Assembly: GCA_043228905.1 (NCBI GenBank)
Contig: JBHGNT010000003.1
Span: 7,378,001 to 7,442,000, forward strand
DNA: 64,000 nucleotides
Source: Azolla caroliniana
Lineage: Eukaryota > Plantae > Polypodiophyta
Direction: 5' to 3'
Under the pieces are notes generated by a model. The model was not told the DNA's origin. It worked only from the letters and a program-made list of their open reading frames with translations, and searched no databases. Every line of letters begins with the position of its first letter. The stretch's first letter is position 1. Positions 41,501-55,096 of this stretch are shown here, in pieces. The translations under genes and the position numbers were made by a program.

Positions 41501-44147
41501 GAAGAACGACATGTTGTGCTTCATTCAGGACTTGCAACTGGTCAATAAATTGACTATTCGAAATGCAGGTATCGGGCCGACCATGGACAAGTTTGAAGAG
41601 GCCTTCGCCGGAAGGTCGATCTATTCAGTCGGGGATCTATACTCGGGGTACGACAGTTCCAACTAGCCATGGAGAGCAGGGATATTACGACGATGCGGAC
41701 TCCTCTCAGCCTAGTGCGGATGTGTACCTTGCCGCAAGGAGGGACCAACTCGGTGGCACACATGGTGAACACTATGAACAAAGTGCTAAGGGACTGCATC
41801 CCAGACATAACCATGCTGTTTTTGGACGACATACTGATAAAGGGATGTCCGGTGGAAGAGAAGGATGAGTCGGTTGCACCGGACGGTTGCCGGAGGTTTG
41901 TTGTGGACCACATCAAAGACTGCGAGAAAGTGCTACAAAGGCTTGAGAACGCGCGACTCACCTTCTCCAAAGAGAAGTCATCTTTCGGCCAGTCGGAGAT
42001 CCTAGTAGTCGGGCACTTGTACGGGCCTTACGGCCGGAAACCGTCTCCGACGAAGGTGGAGGCCATCTCCATGATGAAGGATGAATGCAGGTCGGTTACA
42101 GAGGTCTGAAGGTTCTTGGGGGTGTGTGCGTTCTATCACATCTGGGTTCCGCACTATGCACGCGTCGCAGAACCACTATACGGGTTGCTGAAAAAGGGGC
42201 GTAAGTTCGAATGGGGCAAGGAGCATACTGAGTCGATCCGGACACTAATGGAGGCGCTTACTGCGGCACCGACTCTCCGGAAAGCGGTTTACGGCAAGGA
42301 GGTCCCAATCTACATAACCGTAGATACGAGCCCGACCGGGATAGAATGGGTGGTCAATCAGGAGGACACGAGTGGCACGTTGTTCCCGATCCGGTTCGGG
42401 GCGAAGGTTCTCAGTGAGCGACAACGAGGATATGCCCAAGTTAAGTGCGAACTGTGGGGTATTGTTTCGGCAATCAAGGCCGACAAGGACTATCTAATCG
42501 GGACAGAAGTAATAATCGAGACAGACTGCCTACCGATTCTCGGTATGGTTTCCGGATGCGCGACTCCGAACCTGGCAATGCTCAGGTGGATTGCGTACAT
42601 CAATTCTCTAAATCTGGAGATACGACACATCTCCGATAAAGACAACACCATGGCCAATATGCTTTCAAGAGTACGGTTTGACGACGAAGACGACATGGTT
42701 TCGGAGAATGAAGAGATTGGCAAGGACTTCTTCGAGTCGGCTCACATAGCGGCGAGGGTTGGGAGCACTTCGGTGCTTAACGAGTTTGATGAGAGCAAGT
42801 ACAAAGGAGAGTGGCTCCAGATCGGTGGGTTCCTGAAGACGATGACGCCGGGAGTAGCGTGGACAAGGGAAGAGGCTAACCGGATCAGGAAGAAAGCGTA
42901 CCGATTCTTCCTGCGAGACAAAAGCATATGGAAGCACCCGAAGAAGCAAAATAGAGTCCCGCTCCGGGTGGTGGCAAGGAAGGAGGAGCAGGAAGCATTG
43001 CTAATGGCGTACCACGAGAGTCCTTGGGTCAGGCACCAAGGGACATGGGCCACGTTCGAGAAGCTGAAGGAGAAGTACTGGTGGTCGGGATTATACCGGG
43101 ACATGCATTGGTTCGTAACAACTTGCAAAAGCTGTCAGATGCATTCCATAGTCCGACATCGGGACGAGCTGCACCCGATTTACCCGTCGACCGTCCACTT
43201 CAAGTGGATGGTGGATCTGGTGGCGATACCGATGGGGGTAGGGCAGATGCGGTACCTGGTGCATTCACGAGAAGATCTGAAGAACCAGGTGGAGGGTTGA
43301 GCATTACTGAACAAAACGATCGCGGTCGTATGCCGGTTCCTAATTGAGGAGGTGGTGTGTCGGTACGGGTGCGTAGGAAAGATCGTATCGAACCGCGGGG
43401 AACTGGATGCACATGAGGCCGAAGAGCTGTTTGGACGGTTAGGGGTTAAACTCTCGCTCACTATGGCGTATAATCCGGAGGCAAACTGGAAGGTGGAACG
43501 CTGACACGGTCCGATCGTAAAGGCGTTGGTACGAGCCTACAGAGGCCAGGTCGGGAATTGGCCATGGCTCCTACCCTAGGCCCTATGGGCAGACCGAACG
43601 ACGCATAGTTCGGGGAGCGGGTACATGTCGGTGGAGCTGATGTATGGGCAGAAACCGGTCATGCTGGTGGAACGAACGATTTCCTCGTGGGCAGTGATAG
43701 ATTGGAGGAACGAGGTGAGCGGGAAGAGTTGTTGGCATTGCGGATTCGACAGTTGGAGTGAAGACCGGAGGACGTGGAGAGGGCAAAGACAAAGCTACAA
43801 ACGATGAGGAGAGGAACAAAGGTCGGTTCGACCGAACACACCGGCTACGGCCAAAGAAGATTGAGGATGGCGACTAGGTGTTGGTGTACGACAGCAGCCT
43901 CGACAACCAGCACAAGGCAACGCGTAAATTCATGAGGAGGTGGTTTGGACCCTACGCCGTAATGAGTGCGAATGACAATAGGACATATCATCTTGCGGAG
44001 CTCGACGGGATGCGATTAACAGTGCTGGTAGCTAGGAAACGGGTCAAGGCGTTCAAGAAGCGGCATGAGGACGAGCCAGATATGGGAAGCGTGACCGACG
44101 ACGACGACCGGTTCAGAGCAGACGAGAATTCGGGAAGTGACGGATGA
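38599..44147 (+). pseudogene. Gypsy-A gag-protease and pol, fragmented
   Basis: CMWCDTVGHNRRDC, ALIDHGSEIN, LPQGGTNS, FLDD, TVDTSPTG, ETDCLP, HESPW..H..C..C, WFGPY. Confidence 0.93.
40677..40744 (+). promoter_or_regulatory. Putative -1 ribosomal frameshift signal (G_GAU_UUU plus pseudoknot)
   Basis: The gag frame ends GAT TTT TAG and pol continues in -1 (GGA TTT TTA GAG). Stems 40690-40697/40713-40720 and 40701-40708/40737-40744. Confidence 0.72.
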
Positions 44148-44221
44148 TTACGGGCCGATCTTGTTTGGCAATTTTTAGTGTCTAGCACATATCGGTGGAT
44201 GTGTGGTTTGGTGGGGGTGGA

Positions 44222-44853
44222 TGTCGTGAAGAAAACCAGCCCGAAGAGGAATCAAGGAATTAAGGGCGTGAACCCGCCCTTGCACGAGTGTGCGCGAATG
44301 GATACATTGTACATATAACTAAGAATACGAAGGCTGATGTAAATATACTAGGTGTAACATATTTATTAATTAGGAAATCGATGTGTATCTCTGTCCGAAG
44401 GGACAGAGAATAATGTTGACATGTTTTGATGTAACGGCCTCCTTGGCGACCTATAAAAGGGAAGGGGAATAGGAGAAGGGTATTATGTTTTGGGGAGGGA
44501 AGGAGGAGGTGCTATCGGACTGGGAACTGAGCTCTCTCTTCCTCTGTCATCATTCTCTACGGGGTTGGAACCGTTGTAATTGCCACTGTTATTGTTATAG
44601 AATCTCTTGTTTTCGTCAATCCGTGTTATATGTGTTCAGGGAGTCTCTTCTTTCATCTCTCTCGAGTGTGCTCTTTGATTGAGTCGGTATACGCGTTGGT
44701 GGTCCAATCAGCCGGTAAGTGTCGCCGGCTGCTGATAGGTCTAGCAGGCCTCGCACTGTCGCGCTCCTCACTTCCTCTTGTCTCTCTTGCTCCTCGGTTC
44801 AGGGCCCCTGCAGTCCCGCCTTATTTCACACACACACGCATAGTAACGCGACA
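44222..44853 (+). repeat. Gypsy-A 3' LTR
   Basis: Direct repeat of 37924-38553. Confidence 0.95.
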
Positions 44854-47217
44854 CCGTGAACTCTGACCTTGGGATACCAATGTTCACCGCGACCTTGGGT
44901 ACCTACATAACTTGCGTCCTCCATTCTTTCAACATAACAACCTCAACTCCCACAATCGAGGGATTTCCTTCCTCAATCCGTGCTATAATTTCTACAATTC
45001 ACTATTCCCAATGTCTGCTTTACTTTCCTTGCCCTTCCCTCTCCTGATCCACGCTTTAACCATTCTCAACTTTGATGAAAATCTATGCCCCGGCCTTCGG
45101 ATGGCTCTACAAGTGTTTTGTGCGTCTTAACTCTTGGAAGTAATTCGATTGGATTTGTTAAAATTTTCTCGCATCCTTGGGTCTCCTCTTCCATTTGTGA
45201 GAAGATATCAAATATGTTCGAAGTGGAACCACCACTTGTAGGTGGACCATTAAGACCATAAATGTCAGGCATGCCCACTTTCCTTAGTGATACCCATCCT
45301 TCTTCCCCAACTACTTGCTTCCCATCATGAACCAGGATCATCTGGCCTCCCATCATGAACCAGGATCATTTGGCCTCCCATCATTGACTTTGGGTTATCT
45401 GGCAAGTTGATGCCCGGATTTCCCCTACCTTCTCTTTTCTTCCAATACAGAGGTCAGAGTTGGGCCATATGGCCCATCTCCTTACATGCAAAGCACTAAC
45501 CTGGCAAGACTTCCCACTTCAACTTGCCTATACTTCTTCTAACAACCTTCGATTCTTTGCCGGAGAAAGATAAAGGTCGATTCCTTTTCTTTCAACAATT
45601 GCCCTCCTCCTTCGGCTTCTCTTGGACTAAACCAATGCCATTATCCTCCTTTTCCATCATGACATTGTCCATGACTTCCTTGGTATTTGTTTCGGCATGT
45701 GCTGTGTTCGGCTCCCCGCTTATCTGCTTCTGATCCTTCAGGTTCGGATGCATACTTGTACCTACTATGTCCATTGGAGGGTTTGGATACATACCTATTC
45801 CTACTATGTCCACTGGAGGAAGCTTGGCCATTTCCCATCTCCAAAAGATTGTCGCCTCTTTCATTGATTTGGGCTTGCAACATGAACATTTGACGCCTTC
45901 CTAACATTCTGCCTCCTGTTGTTGAAGACCTATCACATGCCTTCACTGTTAGTCTTGTTCTCAAGTGTGCGATTCGATGAGAGGTTTGTTGTCGTAGGGG
46001 AAGAGAAGGCCATTGAGGACTATGGAAGGAAGCTTTTCCTTTCGTGGGAACTCCTTCATCCACTTTCCACATCATCCCCCTCCTGCATCAACATAAGGTT
46101 CTTGTGTTTGGTCTCAAGGGAAAAAGATTTTTGAATTGCACATATTATCACACAGTAGTCTCCATAGCAGCCTCGGTGGCAACTGCATGAGATTAGGAGT
46201 TTTGTTCTTTAGAAAAACAAGGCCTTACAAAGGAAGCTCCACCTTTAAAAAAAGGATTTTGAAGAAGCAAAAAAAATCCTAACTCATTTGCTAATTCCTA
46301 CAAACTTTGATTGGCAACATCATCAACTTTTCTTCCATGGTTAGTACCTCAATTGTTGCACTCTATATTTCACATTTATGCTTGAATTTTAGAAACATCA
46401 AAACATTCCTTAAAAGGTGTCATGTGATTTCGTGTTGGCTCCACTATTACAACACATGTTCCATACATCGGATCTCTCAAAATTAACAAATTCATATTTT
46501 AGTAATACTATTACAAATGGAAGTCATTATGACAATTTTGGTAGACAATCCCACATTTAAACATATAGATAATGTCTGGTCAAATTTTAAGATAAAATAT
46601 GAAGCCAAGAAACATAAAACATGGAATAAGATTAGATATTTAAAGTCAATTTTCAATTTAAATGAATAAATATTAACTTGTCCAATCATTCTAATAAATT
46701 ACAATATACCATTATATCTAGGAATAAAAAAAGTATGCTTAATGGTTAATGGAACGTATATTCAATATTCTAGTTGATGACCTTCAATCATTTTGGAGCC
46801 AGAACGATGTCATTGATGCATGTACACAAAAAGGAAAACAAGATTTAAACCTTTGTGAAATGTTTGCACGAACTACTTATAACTACCTTGGATGTGGGTC
46901 TTTTTGAGGTCTAGGGACAAAAGGCTCAAAAGCTTGCCCTCTTTTTTAGTATTAAAAACATCTGAAGATTACAAGTTGAAGTTATCTGCCCAAAGGCTTA
47001 CAACGTAGAATAAAAGACATTGTATGTACACCAAAACCTGTACATACAAAAACAACTTATAAAGGGGTGATGAACCTTGATATGATACATTGCCATGATG
47101 TACTAATAATCAAGGAAGGGTCCATGGAAGTTGATAGTTTCAAGAAAGCTTGCCCATTGTGTGGTAATTGGTTGAGATCAACCTATTGTAAAGTCTTAAA
47201 GAAGTTTGTGTGTATAA

Positions 47218-47712
47218 GAATGTTTTTTACCTAAACCCCCCACAAACTAAATCCCATGCACATAATTTTGATTGGAAAATCAAGAGAGAAAGAGATTGGC
47301 TCAACAAAGCTTGCAAGAGTGGGAAAAGAAGTGACAAATTGGATGTCCAATTGATACAAATGTAGATATTTTATATAATGGCGGTGATCGATACATCCAA
47401 AAAGAGAAGATGTAACCTATTATGTCCATATGCTTATATTAGAATATTGGAAGGATCTAAAGGAATGTCATTGTTTTTCACCAAAACACCCTACAAACTA
47501 AATCCCATGCACATAATTTTGATTAAAAAATCAAGAGAGAAATAGATTGACTCAAGAAAGCTTGCAACATTGAAAAAAGAAGGGACAAATTGGATGTCTA
47601 ATTTATACGAATGCAAATATTCTATATAATGGTGGTGATTGATGCATCGAAAAAGAGAGGATGTAACCTACTGTGTCCATATGCTTATATTTGAATATTG
47701 GAAGGATCTAAA
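47218..47712. repeat. Tandem duplication, 2 x ~250 bp
   Basis: acaaactaaatcccatgcacataattttgatt ... gaatattggaaggatctaaag occurs twice. Confidence 0.9.
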
Positions 47713-48369
47713 GAAATATAATTTATTATATATAATGCATATAATTATGAATGTAGATCACTTGCTTTGAAGACCTCTTGAGGTTTTCAAAGACACTCCT
47801 ACAGCAAGAGCATCTTAGAATATTGTGATTTGAAAAGATACCTCTAACCTTCAAGGAACCATGATAGGGGTACACTTAAATCTCAACAAACTCCTACATC
47901 AAGAGCATTCTACGCTAGATTTCAGGTGTTAAAACTTATGGAATTATATTTATTAAATCTCAAGATAAGATGAATTCAAACACAAACAAGACATGATGTT
48001 TCATTGTGAAGCTATTTTACAATAGATAACATGGCTCTCTCAAGACTAAAATGATAGTTACATAAATTTATTGAGGCAATATTGATTCAACTTAAATTTA
48101 AATTAATGGCTACTCAAAATTAATAAACAATGTGCTAACAACAAAATATTGCTTATGTAATATAGCATGTGTTTTCCCTTAGCCATAAACAAATTCAACA
48201 TGAGATATGTAAGATCATATATCATATATCTCTTGGGGTCATTGGCCACATCGATTTCCTAGATGCAAATATATTTTGTGTGAAATATCACAAACAAAGA
48301 AGTTAGATTGAGTTTGTATGTTTAATGGCGAAATAATGGACTATATATTTCTTTGATATTCAAGTGGTG

Positions 48370-49139
48370 TTAGCTATGGGCCCGGTTTTGCCCCAAACCG
48401 AACCAAACCATTAAGTCATGGTTTAATAGTTTATGGGATCCAAAACAAATTTAATGGTTTGGTTTGGATTGGATTATTGATAAACGGTTCGATTTTAGTT
48501 CAGTTTGGTTCTAAAACTCAACTATATCGTTAAACCAAAACTATTTAAACCGAACCATTAGGTAAAAATCCAATTGCGGTTTCATGGTTCGGTCAAGATT
48601 CAATTCAATTTTAACATTTTTCATTATTTCAAATTTTAATTTTTGAAAATTTTAAAGATTTTTCCTAAAATGTGAGATTGAAATTAAAATTTAAAATAAA
48701 TTAAAAACCATTAAACAGTTAAATTGTTTAAATCACAGTTTCAAACATTAAAACCGAATTGAACTGAACCATTTTTTAAAACTTGAACTTGAACCGAACC
48801 GAACTGTTTAAACCGTTAAGCCCTTAAGCTAAAATTTCACATTTTGGATCGGTTCAATTGTTAGTTTTAGGTTAACTTTTTTTCCTTTAATGGTTTAATT
48901 AAAGTTTTTTTATTGATTTAATATATTTAAATTAAATTCTTATTTAATATAATGTGTTTTTGTTTATTTATTTATTTAATTAATTTGACGTAAATGGTTG
49001 CGTTTAAATTTTTTATTAAATGGTTCGATTTGTTTTCAACTTTTCTCTAAATTGTTTTGGTTTAAATGGCTTGAGAGTGCATAAATGGTTTGGTTTGGTT
49101 TCAAGGCAAAGAATCAAACCGAACGGGGCCCATTGCCAA
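48370..49139. mobile_element. Probable MITE or non-autonomous DNA transposon with AAACCG/CGGTTT repeats
   Basis: Imperfect TIRs ttagctatgggccc / gggcccattgccaa. Many aaaccgaacc / ggttcggttt motifs in both orientations. No TSD recognised. Confidence 0.6.
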
Positions 49140-49458
49140 ATGTCGTTAATACTTAATGGATGTTTTAGGGGGTGGATCTATGTGCATGTTGAAGAGGTTT
49201 TGGCGTCAAAAAATCATGGTGAAAAGGATCAATAATGGAGGGATGTGATGTACTATCTTTCCAAGTGTTTCCCTAATATACACGAAGATGCACCTCTTAT
49301 ATGATGCATGACTAGGCAAGCCCAATGTTTGTGAAAGCAGCTTGTGGCAAAGGGGCATCATTTTGATTTTCACACAAGGAATAACATAATGCATTAGCAT
49401 TGATTATAAAAAGTTATAATGCATGGAAACTATGGAGAATCAAACTCAACTTCCCTAG

Positions 49459-49920
49459 TGTGGGAAGGCACCCTAGTGTGTGAACACCCCACCACCTACT
49501 ATAGTAACCACCTCTCTTTAGTTAAAAGGTGGTTGTAGAAAGAGAATAGTGGGAAGGTGACTATATAAGTGCGCTCTCACCACCCTTGTAATATTCCGGA
49601 TAGGTGTGGGGTTTCTGTCTCCCAGTGTGTGTGTCTCTCCTGAGAGCGCTAAGTGTTGTTGTCGATCGCGCCCGGTTGTACTTTTTGGATTCTCTGTTAA
49701 TCATTAGTTTGTTGAGTCCCCAATGTTGGGGTTTTTGTGTGGTTCCTACTTGTCATTTGTTGGCTGTGCTCTGAGCTTGTGTCTTATTCCCGTCTTTAAT
49801 TTGTTGCGTGCTCTTACGAGTCTGCGAGCCTGTGTGCTTGCCGCCACTCCCTAGCATCTTGACCGGGGGAAGATACACTCCCTCAGGCCGGTGAGTAGGT
49901 CCGCTCTGATCCAGGTACCA
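49459..49920 (+). repeat. Possible partial LTR of an unrelated family
   Basis: Abrupt GC increase, TATA-like ctatataag at ~49561, TG/CT-rich downstream sequence. No partner copy or PBS. Confidence 0.3.
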
Positions 49921-49924
49921 TTCT

Positions 49925-52431
49925 GTATCCGAGACGCGACCAGTTGGTCTCCTCTTGGAGACGGATGAAGGGCTCACGACCGACTAGGCCTTGGTCAAAA
50001 GCGTTTGCAGCCGTTTTGACAAACGACGCGATTGGCATGACACGGGGTCATCGAGGACTGGCGTGGGTGCCGGGACGAAGCTAGAGGAACCGGTTCGAAC
50101 GAGAGCGGACGAAACGAGACGGTGGCTCGATTCAGGCATGACGCGGACCAATGTGGTTGCAGGACCGTTCGGGGGCGCAACTCTTGAGGAGCTGACTAAG
50201 ATGGTGCATGATCTCTAGATTGTGCAAGCACGGAGGGACGGTGGGGGTCAGTCGCGCGACCGGAGGTCGCCGTTCGACCAGAGGTGCATGTGGTGCGATG
50301 TTGTCGGCCATGTCTGGAGGGACTGTGCCAACTTCGCTAAGGTGCTTAAGAGTAACGTGGTGCACGTTTGGAATGGTCGGGTACACGCCAATGATACGCG
50401 AAGGGCCTTGGAGCTAAATATTGGCCGCGGTGGAATGAAAAGGGTAATGGAGGAAGCTGTAATGGAGGGGATAGGAGTGTCGACTATGAATTCTAGCCAC
50501 TAGTGTTGGGAGGCTTGTCAGGGGTAAGACTGAGAGAGGAAGAGGCGGACCTCGTGGAGAAGTGGGTCCAGAAAGTCATCGGGTGGAGTGACTCGGTCGA
50601 AGAAAAGATTGGCTTCGTGGAGGTTGTGTGCCAGAACTACGAAGTTCTGGTAGAAGACAAACGAGTCTGGAAGAGCGGAGGAGTCGGACCGTCGAACCGG
50701 TACGATACCCGTAGTGCGCAGAAGAAGAATGACAGAGGTCCGACATGGCCACGGGGCGGGACAAAGCTGACGAGCTTCTGGTTGAGCTCGGAGATAGAGA
50801 GGGCAACGAACCTACGGAAGATCGTAGAGGAGTGAATCCTTGAAGGAAGTGCTAGGGATCACAAAGAAGGAGTTCCACGACTTCATTATGGATTTGGTAA
50901 AATGAAAGCGACTCTCGATAGAGCCTAAGCTAGAGAAGCCCGTAGAGGTGAGAGTAGCACACATCGACGAGGCGGTCGTGGAAGACGAGTTCTTGACCAG
51001 CCACTATATGAAGCCGCACTAGACGAGAGCGACAACAGAGACACCAGTTCGGATCGGGAACGTAAAAGATCTAGTGGTGGATTTGATTGACCATAGGTCT
51101 GAAATTAACCTGATGTCCATGGACTTCTACAAGAAAGGGAAATGGCCGGTCAACACCAAGCATGGGTAAAAAATATGCACGGCAACCCACACCACGAAGG
51201 AGCTACACGGGGCATGCTTGAACGTCTGAGTGAAGGTCGGGGATGTTGAGATCGACCAACACTTCTTCGTGCAACAGAGATCCTCCCATCCGATCATCCT
51301 CGGCTAACCTTAGATTACGGTAGCTTGAATGGAAATGAAGGTGTTGGACAATGGCTCAGCCTATGCTAGGGTGAAGAGTCGGGATGGTCAGCACTCCGTT
51401 CAGTTCTTGATAGTCCGACCGAACCACGAGTGGAATCACGAGTCTCTCGGCAACAACGGCCGAGAGGATTTTTAGAGGGGGCTATCAAGGCGTGGGGTTG
51501 TGATAGTCTGAACAACTGGAAGAAACCCCACACCTATACCATAGGTAGGAAATTTTGGCCCTCCATTAATGGAGGTTGTACCATAACTGACATTACCGGC
51601 CGGGAGAAGAGACCGGTCGAAGAACTCTTGAGGGCATGCGGCGCCTTGGGCCCCGGTGACGAGATTGGTGGCACCGTGGAGGCGGTTTCATTCGATGACA
51701 CCCTTGGAGAATTCACGAGGGTAGCCGACGAGGATCTGAGCGAACATCAGATGATTCCGGTCAATTCAATGGAGATGTACGAAGTCATCGCGGATTTTGG
51801 GAGGATATTCGGTTTAGATCGGACGGCCCGACTTGACACCCAGTATAAGACTGTGGACTGGAAGGTGAGGCCAATTATGGCTCCCTTGCCGGAGGACAGC
51901 TGGGAACGGATGCAACGGGTCGCGATAAACCTGAGTTTATGAGATCCGGCCGACATAGGATACCGGTTCACCCACGAGACGCTGCGGAAGCTCAAGATCG
52001 GTGGGGATGGCTTCCTACTGCCCGCGGAGGAGGACTGGTTTCGGAGGATGCTCGAAAGGCACGAGAAAGCCTTTGCATTCTTGCAGAGGGAGATCGGTTG
52101 CGTCGACTCGACTATCGTTAAACCGATTGTTATCTTCACGGTACAATATGTGTCGTGGTGTCTCAAACCGATTCTAGTGCCGAGGGCTCACATTCCGAAG
52201 CTAATGGAGCTGCTCAAACAGAAAGTGGAGATGGGCATCCTCGAGCCGTCGAGCATCCCGTATTCGAATTGGTGGTTTATGGTGTCCAAGAAGAATGACT
52301 CAGTGCGCTTCATCCAGGACCTGCAACCGATCAACAAGGTGACCATTTGGAATGCAGGAATCAGGCCGACGATTGATGAGTTTGCAGAGGCCTTCGCCGG
52401 AAGGTCGATCTACTCAGTCGACGATTTGTAC
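49925..52431 (+). mobile_element. Truncated Gypsy-D (same lineage as A/B): mid-gag to RT start
   Basis: GLLLETDEGLTT, CMWCDVVGHVWRDC, decayed protease, FIQDLQPINKVT, ending at YSVDDLY. No LTRs. Confidence 0.88.
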
Positions 52432-55096
52432 ATTGGGATCGGTTTGAGGTTCCACGGTACATGCGGTACCATGAAGATCACCATTGGTTCTACCATCGTT
52501 GGGTCTACGCACCCGATTTCCTCCGGCAAGAATGCGAAGGCCTTTCCGTGCTCCCTGAGCATTCTCCGAAACCGGTCCTCCTCCGCCGTCAGTAGAAAGC
52601 CACCCCCACCTATCTTGAGCTCTCGTAGCGTTATGTCGGTGAACCGGTGCCCTCTCGTAAACTCGGGTCGGACGCGACCCCTTTCATCTGTAACTCGTTG
52701 CCCTCCGACAAGGGTGTCGTGACTGGCCTCACCTTCCGGTCCACAGTCTTGTACTTTATATCCACTCGGGCCGTCCGATCCGACTCGAGTTCTCTACTGA
52801 TGTCGGCAATGACTTCGTACATCTTTTCCGAACATACCGGAATCGTCTGGTCTTCACTAAGGCCTTCTCCGAACACCTCCCGTAGCTTCCCCAAGGTGTC
52901 ATCGAAAGAGACCGCCTCCACGGCTCCGTTAATTTCCTCTCCGGGGCCAAGGACTCCGCATGCCCTGAGTCACTCTTCTGCCCGCTTCTTCTCCGGGGCC
53001 AACGACACCGGTTATTATACAACCTCCGTTGTTGGAGAACCAAAACTTCCTACCTATGTTATAGGTTCTTCTGCCTACCGTACATGTGTGGGGTTTTTCC
53101 AGAGTGTCCGGACTATTGCGTCCCCACGCCTTGATATCCCTCTCTAAAAATCCCCTCGGCTTTCGCTACCGAGGGTCTCTTGGTTCCGTTCATGGTTCGG
53201 TCGTACTGTCAAAAACTGGAAGGAGTGACGCCCATCCTAGCTCTTGACTCGCGCGTACGCCGAACCGTTGTCCAACACCTTCGTCTCCATTCATGCCATT
53301 GTGATGTACGGTTTCCCGAGTATCACCGGATGTGAGGATGTCTCCTGCACAAAGAAGTGTTGATCGATCTCGACATCACCGATTTTCACTCGTACATTCG
53401 GGCAGGCTCCGTGTAGCTCCTCCATGGTGCGCGTCGCCGTTCGTATTTTCCACCCGTGCTTGGTGTTGATCGGCCACTTGCCCTTCGTGTAAAAGTCCAT
53501 GAACATCAAGTTGATTTCCGAACCGTGGTTTACCAACGCCACCACCGGCTCCTGGACATCTCCGATCTTAACAGGGGTCTCCATAGTGGCCCTAGCCCAA
53601 TGTAGGCTCGAGTAGTGGCTTTCTGCCAACTCGTCTTCCAGGGCCATGTCTTCTAGGTGCGTCATTCGCACATCCACCGGCTTCTCCGGCTCCGTCGAAA
53701 GCCTTAAATCTGCTTCACGAAGTCTATGATGGAGTCGTGGAACTCCTTCTAGGCAATACCAAGCACCTCCCTCAGCGACAACTCCATTTTGCTGTCAAGG
53801 ATCCGTTCCTCTAGGACCTTTCGTAGGTCGGTGGTCCTTTCAATCTCTGTGCTCAACCGGTAACCGGCCTTCTTAGCCTTGTCCAGTGCGTCGGATGCAC
53901 CAACATCATTCTGCTTCGGCCCGAATCGGGTCTCATACCGTTATGAGAGTCCAGCCCCCCCGATCTTTCCCGTGCACTTGTCTTCCACTAGAACCTTGTA
54001 GTTCTGGCACGCGGCTTCCACGAAGCCCGTCTTCTCTTCAACCGGGTCACTCCACCCGGTTACCTCCCAGACCCGTCTTTCCGCGTGATTCCCTTCCTCT
54101 TTCCTTAACCGTACACTAGCTAGGCCTTATAGCACCAACGGCTAGAACCCGGAGTCCTTTGTTTTCCGAACTTCGTCACTCCTGACCCAGATTCCTGCCG
54201 ACGCCGAGTAGTGGATGGTCTCCGCGTGACGAGCCACTGCTTCCTCCATCAGCTGTTTCATCCCCCCTCGTCCGACGTTCAAGCCAGGGCCCTCCGGGTT
54301 TCGCTAGCGTGTACCCGCTTGTTCCATAGGTACACCATGTTGGCCCTTATCGCTTGGGCGAAGTCCCCGCAGTCCTTTCGGGCGTGGCCAACTGCGTCGC
54401 ACGACAAGCACCGATGCCCAATCGGATGCCTTCGGTCGAGGACTAGTTCGCCGCCATCGCTCCGTGCCTGTGCAATCTGGAGGTTCCTCACCATCTGAGT
54501 TAGCTCCTCCAGATGAGCGTTTGGCCACGCCCATCGAAGTCGACCAGGCCTCGAGCCAGTGTCGGGTCTCCTCCCTTCACGCCGATGGGGGTACCTCGAG
54601 CTTCCTTGCCGCAACAGAGCACGCCCCCGACGAGCCTTTATCGACCCACTCCCGCCATTTGTCGAAACGGCCGCAGACTGTCTTCACCACGACCCAGTCG
54701 GCCGTTAGCCCGTTGTCATGAAGAAAACCGGCCATAGGCGGATTCGGGCAAAAAGGCGCATGAACCGGCTCTTACACGGATAGATGCATGACTTGATATT
54801 TTGATATTGATTCATAAATGGATCAACTGATGTAAATACTAAGTATTGCACATTTATTAGGAGGGATTGTGCGTATCTCTGTCAGAAGGGACAGGGAATA
54901 AAGCAATTTGACTAGGGAAAAGGGCACCCCTTTTTTTGGGAACTATTTAAGGAGAGGAGAGAAGGAAGAGAAGGGGGATTGCGTGTTAAGGAGGAGGAAG
55001 TGCTGCAGGACCGAGGGCGGAACTCTCTGTCCTCCTCCGATCGTCATTCTCTGTGGGAGCGGGGAGTTCGACGCCTCTGCTTTGTGGGTAGCCCGT

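Larger units (their letters stand above)
37924..44853 (+). mobile_element. Full-length Ty3/Gypsy LTR retrotransposon (Gypsy-A), tRNA-Trp primed, decayed
   Basis: LTRs 37924-38553 and 44222-44853 (TGTCG...CGACA). 4-bp TSD CCGT at 37920-37923 and 44854-44857. Order gag-PR-RT-RH-IN. Confidence 0.96.
30922..46089 (-). mobile_element. L1-type LINE copy 2 (same family as 15419-19724), split by Copia-3 and Gypsy-A
   Basis: Pieces 30922-31307, 36096-37923 and 44854-46089 are collinear with copy 1: same T-run/ccaaaaaaaa 3' end, ORF2 C-terminus and ORF1 remnants. Confidence 0.88.

Noticed and set aside
46800-47220. Possible decayed transposase upstream of the 250-bp duplication
   Set aside because: No recognisable motif in the frames read by hand.
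52048-52722. 224-aa ORF as a novel protein
   Set aside because: It is a chimera of Gypsy-D RT and antisense Gypsy-C across the fusion junction.
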